DNA of 64,000 nucleotides, from positions 3,434 through 67,433 of the forward strand of contig JAZNCU010000018.1 in the NCBI GenBank assembly GCA_045587745.1, read 5' to 3'. The notes under the pieces were generated by a model. It did not search any database. It was not told the origin of the DNA and saw nothing but the letters and a program-made list of their open reading frames with translations. The stretch is from Eubacteriales bacterium. GTDB taxonomy: Bacteria; Bacillota; Clostridia; Oscillospirales; CAG-382. Position numbers and translations under genes: made by a program. Below, piece by piece: positions 24,891 to 33,834 of this stretch. Positions within the stretch are counted from its first letter, which is position 1. Each line of letters begins with the position of its first letter.

Positions 24891-26067
24891 GGTCATCCAT
24901 TATATTTTCGGTGAATACGTAATAAACGTAGAGGACGGAGGCTTTGAACGGCTGATAACACGGCTGGGCGAAAATGGCATAGCTTTTTGGAGTGCGGAGC
25001 GAAGCGAAGACGGGTGCAGACTGAACACCTCGCTTTTTGCCTGCGAGGATGTGATAAAGCTTGCAGGTGAGCACAACATATCCGCAGCCATTGCCGACAG
25101 GCGCGGCATTCCTTTTTGGTTTTTGCGCTACAAGCGCCGATACGGGCTCCTGCTCGGAATGGTACTCGGGCTGATACTGCTGTTTTTATCGGAGATGTTT
25201 ATATGGAAGCTAACTGTCAGCGGAAGCGTGACTGTTCCCGAAAGCGAGATTATTTCGGTTTTGCAGGAGCACGGAATATCGGTCGGAGCGTTTATTCCCG
25301 ATATTGACCCCGACCGAAACGCAAATGAAATCCTGTTGACCGAGCATAGAATATCGTCGCTTGCGCTGAACATACACGGAACTCATCTCGAGGCGGTTAT
25401 TCTCGAGCGCACTCCGACACCCGACATTACCGACACTGCGGGATATTACAACGTGATAGCCACTCACGACGGCACTGTGGTGGATATTGATGCCTACGAC
25501 GGCACGCCCGAGGTTAAGTCAGGTGACACGGTTTTTGCCGGTCAGCTGCTGATAAACTCGTTTATGGAGCGGCGCAACGGCACCTTCTGCCCCACTCATG
25601 CAAGAGGTATGATACTCGCCGAGGTGGAGCTTAAATACGAAATAACCGTACCTCTCGTACAGACACAAAAGCATTTCACGGGCAAAACCGCCCGGAAAAC
25701 AGTTCGGTACGTACTCGGAAGAAGTCTGAACGTTTTTTCGGCAGAGAGTCCGTTTGAATACTCGGATTTTATTGTCGGGGGCGAGGACGGCTCGATTTTA
25801 GGTTTTATTGAGCTGCCCGTCAGTAAAACGGTTATCACCTACTACGAATACTACCCTGTCGAGGTTACCGTCACCGATACCGAGGCAGAGCTGATAGCAA
25901 ACGGTGAGCTAAAGCGGCTGTTGAGCGCCGAGGGCTACGAAAGCCTGCTCAGGCTCGACACCGAGCTGAGGATAGACAGAGAAAAAGGCACCTGCGTGCT
26001 GTACGCAGATGCCAAGGTGCTGATGAATATCGCAAAAGAGGTTCCGTTTTTTATGCAGTCGGGTTGA
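24856..26067 (+). CDS. yqfD: sporulation protein YqfD
   Basis: Follows yqfC with overlap. GEYVINVEDGGFERLITRL..., RRGIPFWFLRYKRRYGLLLG + TM, then a C-terminal beta-rich domain. The start is uncertain (TTG at 24856, 24868 or 24877). Confidence 0.8.
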   Translation: MTEGLTRLSFYKVIHYIFGEYVINVEDGGFERLITRLGENGIAFWSAERSEDGCRLNTSLFACEDVIKLAGEHNISAAIADRRGIPFWFLRYKRRYGLLLGMVLGLILLFLSEMFIWKLTVSGSVTVPESEIISVLQEHGISVGAFIPDIDPDRNANEILLTEHRISSLALNIHGTHLEAVILERTPTPDITDTAGYYNVIATHDGTVVDIDAYDGTPEVKSGDTVFAGQLLINSFMERRNGTFCPTHARGMILAEVELKYEITVPLVQTQKHFTGKTARKTVRYVLGRSLNVFSAESPFEYSDFIVGGEDGSILGFIELPVSKTVITYYEYYPVEVTVTDTEAELIANGELKRLLSAEGYESLLRLDTELRIDREKGTCVLYADAKVLMNIAKEVPFFMQSG

Positions 26068-27442
26068 CGCTCGAAAGGTTGAGAAGCGAGCGGACAAATA
26101 TATTCATACCGCCGAAAAACTCGGTATGCGAGATATATTCGTCACGCTGATGAGGACCTCCTCTGCCCTCTCCGAGGCGGGTACGCTCCGAAACGATTCC
26201 CGAGCCGAATGCCACCGTATTGGGGAGCGAGCGTGCATAGGTGCCTCCGCCCATCGTATACGGCTCGCAGGGGATACCGAGAACACTCTCACAGGCAGTT
26301 GTCAGCGCGCGGATGCGGTCATCATCCGCCGATACAAAGTATCCCTCGGATGCCGAAACAAGCTCAGCATCAAGACCGTAGTCCCCTACAGCGATGCAGA
26401 TGGCTTCAAAAAGTGTTTTTCCGTTAAATTCTGGAGTGTAACGGATATTGAAATTCTGAACGATATTTCCGTCACGCACACCGATAACGCCGCCGACACA
26501 GGTAAGGTACCCGAAATCGGGGTTATCGCATCCGATTCCCAGCGTTTTTCCAAGATACTCGGAGCATGCCGAAGCGAGGAACTCAAAGCCCCTCTCGTTA
26601 CCCTCGCAAAGCCTATTTTCAAGCAGGTAAGATGCAAGCAGGCCTATTGCGTTAACGCCCTGCTCGGGCATTGCGGCATGGGCAGGCTTTCCGTGAGCCG
26701 TAACGATATAGCCCTGCTCGGTTTTTTCAAGCGTGACAGCCTCGTTTCCGCAAAGCTCGCTCTCGGTAACCACCTCGGCATGAGCCTCAAAGGGAACTGC
26801 ATTTGCAACCGTACCGCCCGAAAGCTCACGGATACACACGGGCAGCTTGCCGACGTTAACGTTAACGCCCGCAATACCCTTTTCGCCAATGCAAACGGGA
26901 TACTCGGAATCGGGGGTGAATGAAAACCAAGGCGCCCTGCAAACCGTTTGGAAGTAGGCAAGATCGCTGCTTCCGACCTCCTCGTCACTGCCGAGAATAA
27001 GCCTTACACGGAACGGAAGCTTTATGTTATTTTCCTTAAAAAATCTGATGGTATACAGCGACTGGATGAACGGACCTTTATCGTCATGTGCTCCTCTGCC
27101 GATAAGCAAGCCGCCTTTGTCGGTAAGAGTGAACGGATCGGTCTCCCAGCCGTCGGTCGCCGGAACGATGTCGAGATGGGTAACAATACCTACCTCATAA
27201 TCTCCCTCGCCAAACAGGACGCTGAGACAGCGGTAATCGTGATTGATGACCTCAAAGCCGTATTTGACGGCAATGCCGGTTGCAACGTCGAGCGCACGTG
27301 CACACTCCCTTCCGAACGGGAAGCCTTCCTCGGGCGAAGAAGCCACCGAGTTTACGGCAATTATTTCGGAAAGGTCGGCTATTGCCTGTTTTTTAATATC
27401 CTCACGCTCAAAATATTCCTGAGCCAAAAGTTCGTAGTTCAT
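26051..27442 (-). CDS. pepV: M20-family dipeptidase (PepV-like)
   Basis: THLDIVPA, GRGAHDDKGP and LILGSDEEVGS motifs. Start trimmed to ATG 27442. Confidence 0.85.
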   Translation of the reverse strand: MNYELLAQEYFEREDIKKQAIADLSEIIAVNSVASSPEEGFPFGRECARALDVATGIAVKYGFEVINHDYRCLSVLFGEGDYEVGIVTHLDIVPATDGWETDPFTLTDKGGLLIGRGAHDDKGPFIQSLYTIRFFKENNIKLPFRVRLILGSDEEVGSSDLAYFQTVCRAPWFSFTPDSEYPVCIGEKGIAGVNVNVGKLPVCIRELSGGTVANAVPFEAHAEVVTESELCGNEAVTLEKTEQGYIVTAHGKPAHAAMPEQGVNAIGLLASYLLENRLCEGNERGFEFLASACSEYLGKTLGIGCDNPDFGYLTCVGGVIGVRDGNIVQNFNIRYTPEFNGKTLFEAICIAVGDYGLDAELVSASEGYFVSADDDRIRALTTACESVLGIPCEPYTMGGGTYARSLPNTVAFGSGIVSERTRLGEGRGGPHQRDEYISHTEFFGGMNIFVRSLLNLSSVNPTA

Positions 27443-27458
27443 AATAATCTCCGAAAAA

Positions 27459-28031
27459 TCAGTTATCGCCAAGTCCCTCACGGAGCTTGGAAAGTGCGCT
27501 GTCAAACCTGCGCTCGGTCTCGGCAAGCGAGTTGTTCATCTCGCTTTGACGCCTGCGAAACTCATCTGCGGATGCCTTAAGCTCATCGCATTTGCGGCAG
27601 GTATCGTCGATAAGCCTTTTTGCCTCGCTGTTTGCTGAGGAAATAATCGCCTTTGCCTCAAGGCTTGCATCGTTCCTTGCCTTTTCAAGTATCAGTCCTG
27701 CCTCACGCTCGGCGTTTGCAAGAATATCGGAGGCACGTTTATCGGCAACGATCATCCGCTCGCCTATCTCGGAGCAAAGCGCATCGTACTCGGTCTGCTT
27801 TTTGGCAAGCTGCTCGGCGTGCTCGGCACAAAGCCTTTCGATCTCATTGCCGAGAGCTTCTGTCTCGCTCTCAAGTCTGCGGTGCTCCACCTCCGCCTCG
27901 TTGAGACGGGTGGTAAGCTCCTTTTCGTTTTTTTCGTATTTATCCGAAAGCTCGGTTATAAATGCCTCAACCTCGTGAACGTCATAGCCGCGTGCGCGCT
28001 TTTTGAAATATTTTTCCGCCAAATCATTCAC
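27459..28031 (-). CDS. DivIVA-domain protein
   Basis: N-terminal KKRARGYDVHEVEAFITEL (DivIVA motif) followed by a long coiled coil. Confidence 0.8.
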   Translation of the reverse strand: MNDLAEKYFKKRARGYDVHEVEAFITELSDKYEKNEKELTTRLNEAEVEHRRLESETEALGNEIERLCAEHAEQLAKKQTEYDALCSEIGERMIVADKRASDILANAEREAGLILEKARNDASLEAKAIISSANSEAKRLIDDTCRKCDELKASADEFRRRQSEMNNSLAETERRFDSALSKLREGLGDN

Positions 28032-28077
28032 TCCTTATACCGTTTTATATCACAATACCACATTTCTCTGTGCTTTG

Positions 28078-28836
28078 TCAACATTTTGACAGCTTCATAA
28101 CGAGCGAGTGGGGCAGCAGCTTTGCCAGCACACGGTAGAGCTTATACAGCCCTCCGGGAGTATAAAAGCCCTTTCCCCTGATAGCCGCCTTTACCGATTT
28201 GTACGCAACGTCGGGAGCGTGACTGTAGGGGAGATTACGAAACGCACTGGAGTTCTCGTCGGTTATCTCGGCAACACCCAAAAACTCGGTTCTCATCGGG
28301 CCCGGGCATACCGCAAGCACGCCTATCTTTTTGGGCTTGAGCTCCTCGCGCAGTCCCTTTGAAAACGCAGAAACGTACGCCTTGGTGGAGGAATAGACCG
28401 TCATTCGCGGGGTGGGCGCAAACGAGGCGATGGATGAAACGTTGATAATGCTGCTTCCCATTTCCATATAGGGTATTACCTCAGCAGTCAGCCTGGTAAG
28501 CGAGGCACAGTTCAGCTCAACCATACCCTCCTGTGCCTCGGGAGAAAGCTCGGCAACGCAACCCAGCTTTCCGTAGCCTGCATTATTGATGAGCATCAGC
28601 ACGTTGGGTTTATCGGCACGAAGAAGCTCCGAAAAGGATTTTTTGCCCTCGTCCGACGTAAGGTCGCACTCAACCAGCCTGCAATCGGCATCGGCACAGA
28701 GTGCGGCGGTCTCGGCAAGCCTGTCGGCTCGCCTTGCGACAAGATAAAAGCGTGCATCGGGGAAAATGCGGTGGCAGGCAAGAAAATACTCACGTCCCAA
28801 GCCGGACGATGCGCCTGTGATAATAATACTCTTCAT
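28078..28836 (-). CDS. short-chain dehydrogenase/reductase (SDR)
   Basis: TGASSGLG, NNAG and YSSTKAY motifs. Start trimmed from 29004 to ATG 28836 behind AAGGAAG. Confidence 0.88.
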   Translation of the reverse strand: MKSIIITGASSGLGREYFLACHRIFPDARFYLVARRADRLAETAALCADADCRLVECDLTSDEGKKSFSELLRADKPNVLMLINNAGYGKLGCVAELSPEAQEGMVELNCASLTRLTAEVIPYMEMGSSIINVSSIASFAPTPRMTVYSSTKAYVSAFSKGLREELKPKKIGVLAVCPGPMRTEFLGVAEITDENSSAFRNLPYSHAPDVAYKSVKAAIRGKGFYTPGGLYKLYRVLAKLLPHSLVMKLSKC

Positions 28837-28887
28837 GGCAAAACTTCCTTTTAATTTCTTTCTTTTATAATACCACTTTTTATATTT

Positions 28888-30162
28888 TTGTGCAACAGCA
28901 ATACGCAAAGGGAGGAACAAAAAATTATATCGGCAATCAAGGACACACTCTGGGGTATGCCGACCGTGCTGATAATAACGGTTTTCGGAATATATTTTAC
29001 CCACAGAAGCGGTTATCTACCGATAATCGGCATGGGCAGGGTGCTGAGGAGCACGGTGTTTGCCCGTTTTGGCAAAAAGCAAAGCGGTACCTCACCGTTT
29101 GCGGCGGCAATGGCTGCTATCGGAGGCACGGTAGGAGTAGGCAGTATAGCAGGTATGGGCTTTGCTATCGCCACAGGCGGTGCCGGAAGCATTTTTTGGA
29201 TGTGGATATGCTCGATTACGGGTATGGGGCTGAAATACGCCGAGGTCAAAACCGCACTCGGCGGCGGCTGCGGCGGCACTCCGTACAGGCTGAAGGCTCT
29301 GGGTAAATCAAGAATGTCGGCACTTTTTTGTGTTACCTGCATTCTATCCTCCTTCGGCACGGGAAACCTCACTCAGCAAAACGCTTTTTCCGAGTCAGCG
29401 GTATCTTTGGGCGCAAATCGGCTGATCGTTGCACTGTCGGGCGCACTGCTCGTGGGAATTGCGGTATTCGGCGGCAAAAGACGTATCATCCGCATTAACT
29501 CAAGACTCGTTCCGATCGCATCCGCAGTTTACCTCATTACGCTTGTCTTACTTATGCTCCTGCTCCGTGACGGGATTGCGAATGCGTTTTCACAGATATT
29601 CGAGGGCGCTTTTGGTATAAAACAGCTTGCCTCCGGCACGGCGGGAGCAATGATCGCACGCTCGGTTCGAGAGGGATTTGCAAGAAGCGTATTTTCAAAC
29701 GAGGCGGGGCTGGGATGCTCAACGCTCGCACATTCCGAGTCGGACGGCGATAGCGAATTGCAGGCAAGATGGGGGATTTTTGAGATATTTTTCGATACCT
29801 TTATCATATCGACTCCCACCGCCGTCGTACTGCTTGCCTCGGGGGCTACCGATTGCACCGCTGTTTTTCAAGCGGCATTCGGCGATTTTGGAAAAATGCT
29901 TTTTGCGCTCCTGACGGCGGTTTTTGCGTTTGCATCGGTAATCAGCTGGTGCTGCTATGCCGAAAAATGCATCACGTGCCTTGGCGGAAAAAGGAACGCC
30001 CTTATTGCCTACCGCATCCTTTCGGTTGCAGTTGCGTTTATCGGTGCGACGGTCAGCAAAAGCGTTATCTGGGAGCTTGCGGATATACTCAACGCCATAC
30101 TGTTGATTCCCAATCTGTTTATGCTGTTCCTCTGCCGAAAAGAAATTTACAAAACGGAGTAA
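28888..30162 (+). CDS. alanine/glycine:cation symporter (AGCS family)
   Basis: Polytopic. N-terminal LWGMPTVLIITVFGIYFT and FSNEAGLG blocks are typical of AGCS. The start is unclear: TTG 28888 has no RBS, while in-frame ATT 28924 lies 8 nt after AAGGGAGG. Confidence 0.8.
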   Translation: MCNSNTQREEQKIISAIKDTLWGMPTVLIITVFGIYFTHRSGYLPIIGMGRVLRSTVFARFGKKQSGTSPFAAAMAAIGGTVGVGSIAGMGFAIATGGAGSIFWMWICSITGMGLKYAEVKTALGGGCGGTPYRLKALGKSRMSALFCVTCILSSFGTGNLTQQNAFSESAVSLGANRLIVALSGALLVGIAVFGGKRRIIRINSRLVPIASAVYLITLVLLMLLLRDGIANAFSQIFEGAFGIKQLASGTAGAMIARSVREGFARSVFSNEAGLGCSTLAHSESDGDSELQARWGIFEIFFDTFIISTPTAVVLLASGATDCTAVFQAAFGDFGKMLFALLTAVFAFASVISWCCYAEKCITCLGGKRNALIAYRILSVAVAFIGATVSKSVIWELADILNAILLIPNLFMLFLCRKEIYKTE

Positions 30163-30166
30163 TTGT

Positions 30167-32647
30167 ATGTGGTATTCAAAATCTCTTGCCGAGCTTTTTA
30201 GGCTGACCGAGTCGTGCAAAAACGGACTTAACAGCGAGGAAGCCCAAATCAGGCTTGCAAAGCACGGAAAAAACGAACTGCAGACAGCAAGAAAAAAGGG
30301 AGTGATTTCAAGGTTTTTTGCGGCACTGTGCGACCGTATGACGGTAATACTGCTGATTGCGGCGGCAATATCCTTTGGCGCTTCCTACCTCGAGGGGGAT
30401 ATGTCGGCAGACCCGATAATTATACTGATGATAGTCCTGCTCAATGCAGTTATTGCGGTTGTTCAGGAAACGAAAGCCGAAAAAGCGCTTGAAGCGCTAA
30501 AAAGGCTGTCATCACCCGAGGCAACCGTGCTCCGTGACGGTGTACAGACCGTTATACCTGCAAGTGAGCTGGTTACGGGGGACGTGTTCTTCCTCAAAAA
30601 AGGTGATATCGTACCCTGTGATGCAAGGCTGATAGGCTCAAACTCACTGACGGTAGACGAGTCGGCTCTTACGGGAGAATCGATGGGAGTGAGCAAAAAC
30701 GCCTCGGCAAAGCCCGTAGGCTCGGTATCCGACTCTCTCGGCTGTGTTTTCTCCTCCACCTCGGTGCTAACCGGCACGGCATCGGCACTGGCAGTTAAAA
30801 CCGGCTCCGAAACTCAAGTAGGGCTGATTGCCGGAATGCTCACGGGGGAAGCCGAAAAAACGCCGCTTCAAAAACGGCTTGCAAGGCTGAGCGCACTGCT
30901 CGGCAACGTGACTCTGGTGATATGCTTTTTGATCTTCGGGCTGTCGCTGCTCAAGCATATGGACGTGGGCGAGATGTTTTTAACGAGCGTATCGCTATCG
31001 GTTGCGGCTATTCCCGAGGGACTGCCTGCAATAGTGACCGTCGTGCTCTCGGTGGGAGTACGGACCATGGCAAGAAAAAAAGCCGTCGTAAAGCGTCTTC
31101 CCGCAGTTGAAACGCTCGGCTGTGCAGGCGTTATATGCTCGGATAAAACGGGTACGCTGACCTGCAACAAAATGACCGTGACCGAGGTACACGGCGATAC
31201 CGAAGCACTCCGGCTTGCGTTTGTGCTGTGCAACGACCTGTCCTCGCCTACCGAAGCCGCGCTGAACGATTATTTTGAGGGCGGCGATGCTCTTCGGGCA
31301 GAATATCCGAGGGTCAAGGAAATACCCTTTGACTCCTCCAAAAAATATATGATAACGGCGCACAGGGCGGGCAACCGCTACAAAATAATAGTCAAGGGCG
31401 CTCCCGAGGCGGTTTTTGCGCTGTGCAGGGAAAAACGGGATTTCTCACGTGAGATTGCCGAAATGACCTCACGTGCGCTCAGGGTGATGGCGTTTGCCGA
31501 ATATGAAATCGGTGTGCTTCCCGATGAGCTTTCCGCAAAAAGCTTCCGACCGATAGGAGTTTGCGGTATGTCCGACCCTCCCCGCCCCGAGGTAAAGGAT
31601 GCCATAAGAGTGTGTGTCCGTGCGGGAATACGCCCGATCATGATAACGGGCGACCATCCCGATACTGCGCTTGCGATCGCAAGAGAGATCGGGCTCGCAG
31701 GAGAAAATGCATCGGTTGCAACAGAAAAGGATATATCGGGTGCAAGCGAGCGTGCGCTGATACGGCTGGTCAAAAAAACGAATGTATTTGCCCGTGTTAC
31801 TCCCGAATCCAAGCTCCGAATCGTCGGAGCGCTCCAAAAATCCGGTGCCGTCGTTGCAATGACGGGGGACGGAATCAACGATGCACCCGCCCTCAAAAAG
31901 GCAGATATCGGATGTGCTATGGGCAAGAGCGGAACCGAGGTTGCAAAGGAAGCCTCCGACCTGATACTCACCGACGATAATTTTGCAACGATCGTCACGG
32001 CGGTACACGAGGGCAGAGGCGTTTTTGACAATATACGCAGGGCGGTTCATTTTTTGCTGTCCTGTAATATCGGAGAGCTTTGCACGGTGTTTTTTGCACT
32101 GCTGCTCTCAATGCCCACTCCCCTATCGGCAATTCAGCTCCTTTGGATAAACCTCACCACCGATTCGCTTCCCGCAATAGCACTCGGGCTTGAGAGGACT
32201 CCCGACTCGGTAATGCTGAGGCCGCCCGTAAGTCCCGACTCGCCGCTGTTTCCGATAGGCAGGGCGTTCCGGATAGCTTTTGAGGGCATTCTGATAGGTA
32301 TGCTCGCTACTGCGGCATTCTTTATCGGAAGCAGAACCGATTTTACGACCGGCAGGACGATGTGCTTTGCTGTGCTCGGTATGTCCCAGCTTTTCCATTC
32401 CTTTAACCTGCGATGCGAAAACAGCGTTTTTGCCAAAAGCGAAACCAAAAACCCCTTTGTTGCGGCGGCATTTGCAATATGCCTTGCAATGCAGGCCTCG
32501 GTGATACTTATTCCTGCCGCAAGCTCGCTTTTCGGTGTTTGCGGTATCGGGATTTCGGACTGGGTAATCTGCCTGCTTTTGTCGGTCTGCCCGATTGCGG
32601 CAAGCGAGATTTACAAATTGTTCAAAATAAACCGCATTAAATGTTAA
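30167..32647 (+). CDS. P-type ATPase, Ca2+-transporting type (P2A, YloB-like)
   Basis: TGES, CSDKTGTLT, MITGDHP and GDGINDAPALKKADIG motifs, with 10 TM-like segments. Confidence 0.9.
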   Translation: MWYSKSLAELFRLTESCKNGLNSEEAQIRLAKHGKNELQTARKKGVISRFFAALCDRMTVILLIAAAISFGASYLEGDMSADPIIILMIVLLNAVIAVVQETKAEKALEALKRLSSPEATVLRDGVQTVIPASELVTGDVFFLKKGDIVPCDARLIGSNSLTVDESALTGESMGVSKNASAKPVGSVSDSLGCVFSSTSVLTGTASALAVKTGSETQVGLIAGMLTGEAEKTPLQKRLARLSALLGNVTLVICFLIFGLSLLKHMDVGEMFLTSVSLSVAAIPEGLPAIVTVVLSVGVRTMARKKAVVKRLPAVETLGCAGVICSDKTGTLTCNKMTVTEVHGDTEALRLAFVLCNDLSSPTEAALNDYFEGGDALRAEYPRVKEIPFDSSKKYMITAHRAGNRYKIIVKGAPEAVFALCREKRDFSREIAEMTSRALRVMAFAEYEIGVLPDELSAKSFRPIGVCGMSDPPRPEVKDAIRVCVRAGIRPIMITGDHPDTALAIAREIGLAGENASVATEKDISGASERALIRLVKKTNVFARVTPESKLRIVGALQKSGAVVAMTGDGINDAPALKKADIGCAMGKSGTEVAKEASDLILTDDNFATIVTAVHEGRGVFDNIRRAVHFLLSCNIGELCTVFFALLLSMPTPLSAIQLLWINLTTDSLPAIALGLERTPDSVMLRPPVSPDSPLFPIGRAFRIAFEGILIGMLATAAFFIGSRTDFTTGRTMCFAVLGMSQLFHSFNLRCENSVFAKSETKNPFVAAAFAICLAMQASVILIPAASSLFGVCGIGISDWVICLLLSVCPIAASEIYKLFKINRIKC

Positions 32648-32728
32648 CAATCATTCCCTAAAAAGTAGTAAAATTGCGATAGCGGATTCAACAAAATAAT
32701 GACATCAAAAAAGCAAGGACGGTCGGAA

Positions 32729-33760
32729 ATGATTAAAAACGTTAATTCTCAACAGCCTCCCGTTGAAATTGCAAATAACCCAAATATTTCGATCATCGGC
32801 AGACATACCGTGATTGACGGAATGCTTGCCTGCGATTGGAGCAACAGCGGATTTACTTTTGTGTTCTCGGGAACGGGATTTATTGTTTCGCTCGGTGAGT
32901 ATACCGACAGTATCCCTGCCTACGTTGTGTTCTTTGTAGACGGAAAAAGACAGCGCTTTGCGGTTGTCAACGGAAGCGAGAAGCTCGTTATAGAGGGACT
33001 TCCCTTTAAGCGGCACAAGGTTACGGTACTCCGTGTCACCGAGGGCGAGATTCCGCTGCTGTTCAGCACCGTTTCGATCATAGGCCCCAACTCGGAGTTC
33101 CTCAATCCTCCGCACAAATATCCCAGAAAAATCGAGTTTATCGGTGATTCCATCACTGCGGGATACGGCGTGCTCGGGCTTCCCAGCGATCCTACTTATC
33201 TCACATATCAGCAGGACTCCACATATTCCTACGCCTTTATTGCCGCCTCCTCGCTGGATGCCGAGATACGTACTCTTTGCATATCGGGCAAGGGCATCAT
33301 TTGCAACTGCGAGGGCAACCGAGAGGACGTAAGAGGCATTGAATACTGCGATTATCTTACCCGCAAGGGCGGAACGGTCAACGACGGCTGGGTCCCCGGA
33401 GTTGTGGTTATCAACCTCGGCACAAACGATTCGGGCGGGGCGGTCCCCGATGAAGAGTTTACCGAGGCGGCAAAGGAGCTTATTCTCCACAACCGCAAAA
33501 AATATCCCGATGCGCACATCATCTGGCTTTACGGTATGATGAATCAGCCCTATGTTTCGGCTCTTAAAAACGCCTTCCGTGATTTGATCCCCGAGGATAA
33601 AAAGCTCCATTTGATGATCACCGAGAGCATTTATTCGCAGGAGCACGAGGTAGGAGCAAACGGTCATCCCAACGTGCGTGCCAACGTGCGTGTTGCATCC
33701 GAGCTTACAAAAAAAATCCGCAGTATCACCGATTGGAAAACCGCAAAATCCGAGCATTAA
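32729..33760 (+). CDS. SGNH/GDSL hydrolase, carbohydrate-esterase family 2-like
   Basis: N-terminal beta-sandwich region followed by IEFIGDSITAGYG (Ser block), NLGTNDS and GANGHPN (His block). ATG 32729 follows AAGGA. The 350-aa minus ORF is antisense. Confidence 0.8.
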   Translation: MIKNVNSQQPPVEIANNPNISIIGRHTVIDGMLACDWSNSGFTFVFSGTGFIVSLGEYTDSIPAYVVFFVDGKRQRFAVVNGSEKLVIEGLPFKRHKVTVLRVTEGEIPLLFSTVSIIGPNSEFLNPPHKYPRKIEFIGDSITAGYGVLGLPSDPTYLTYQQDSTYSYAFIAASSLDAEIRTLCISGKGIICNCEGNREDVRGIEYCDYLTRKGGTVNDGWVPGVVVINLGTNDSGGAVPDEEFTEAAKELILHNRKKYPDAHIIWLYGMMNQPYVSALKNAFRDLIPEDKKLHLMITESIYSQEHEVGANGHPNVRANVRVASELTKKIRSITDWKTAKSEH

Positions 33761-33780
33761 ATCAACAGCCGATATTTACG

Positions 33781-33815
33781 AAAGCTGTCGCAGAAGCAAA
33801 ACTGCGACAGCTTTT
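33781..33815. terminator. bidirectional terminator
   Basis: AAAGCTGTCGCAG-aagcaaaa-CTGCGACAGCTTTTT. Confidence 0.8.
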
Positions 33816-33834
33816 TATCGTGGGTGCAAATCAT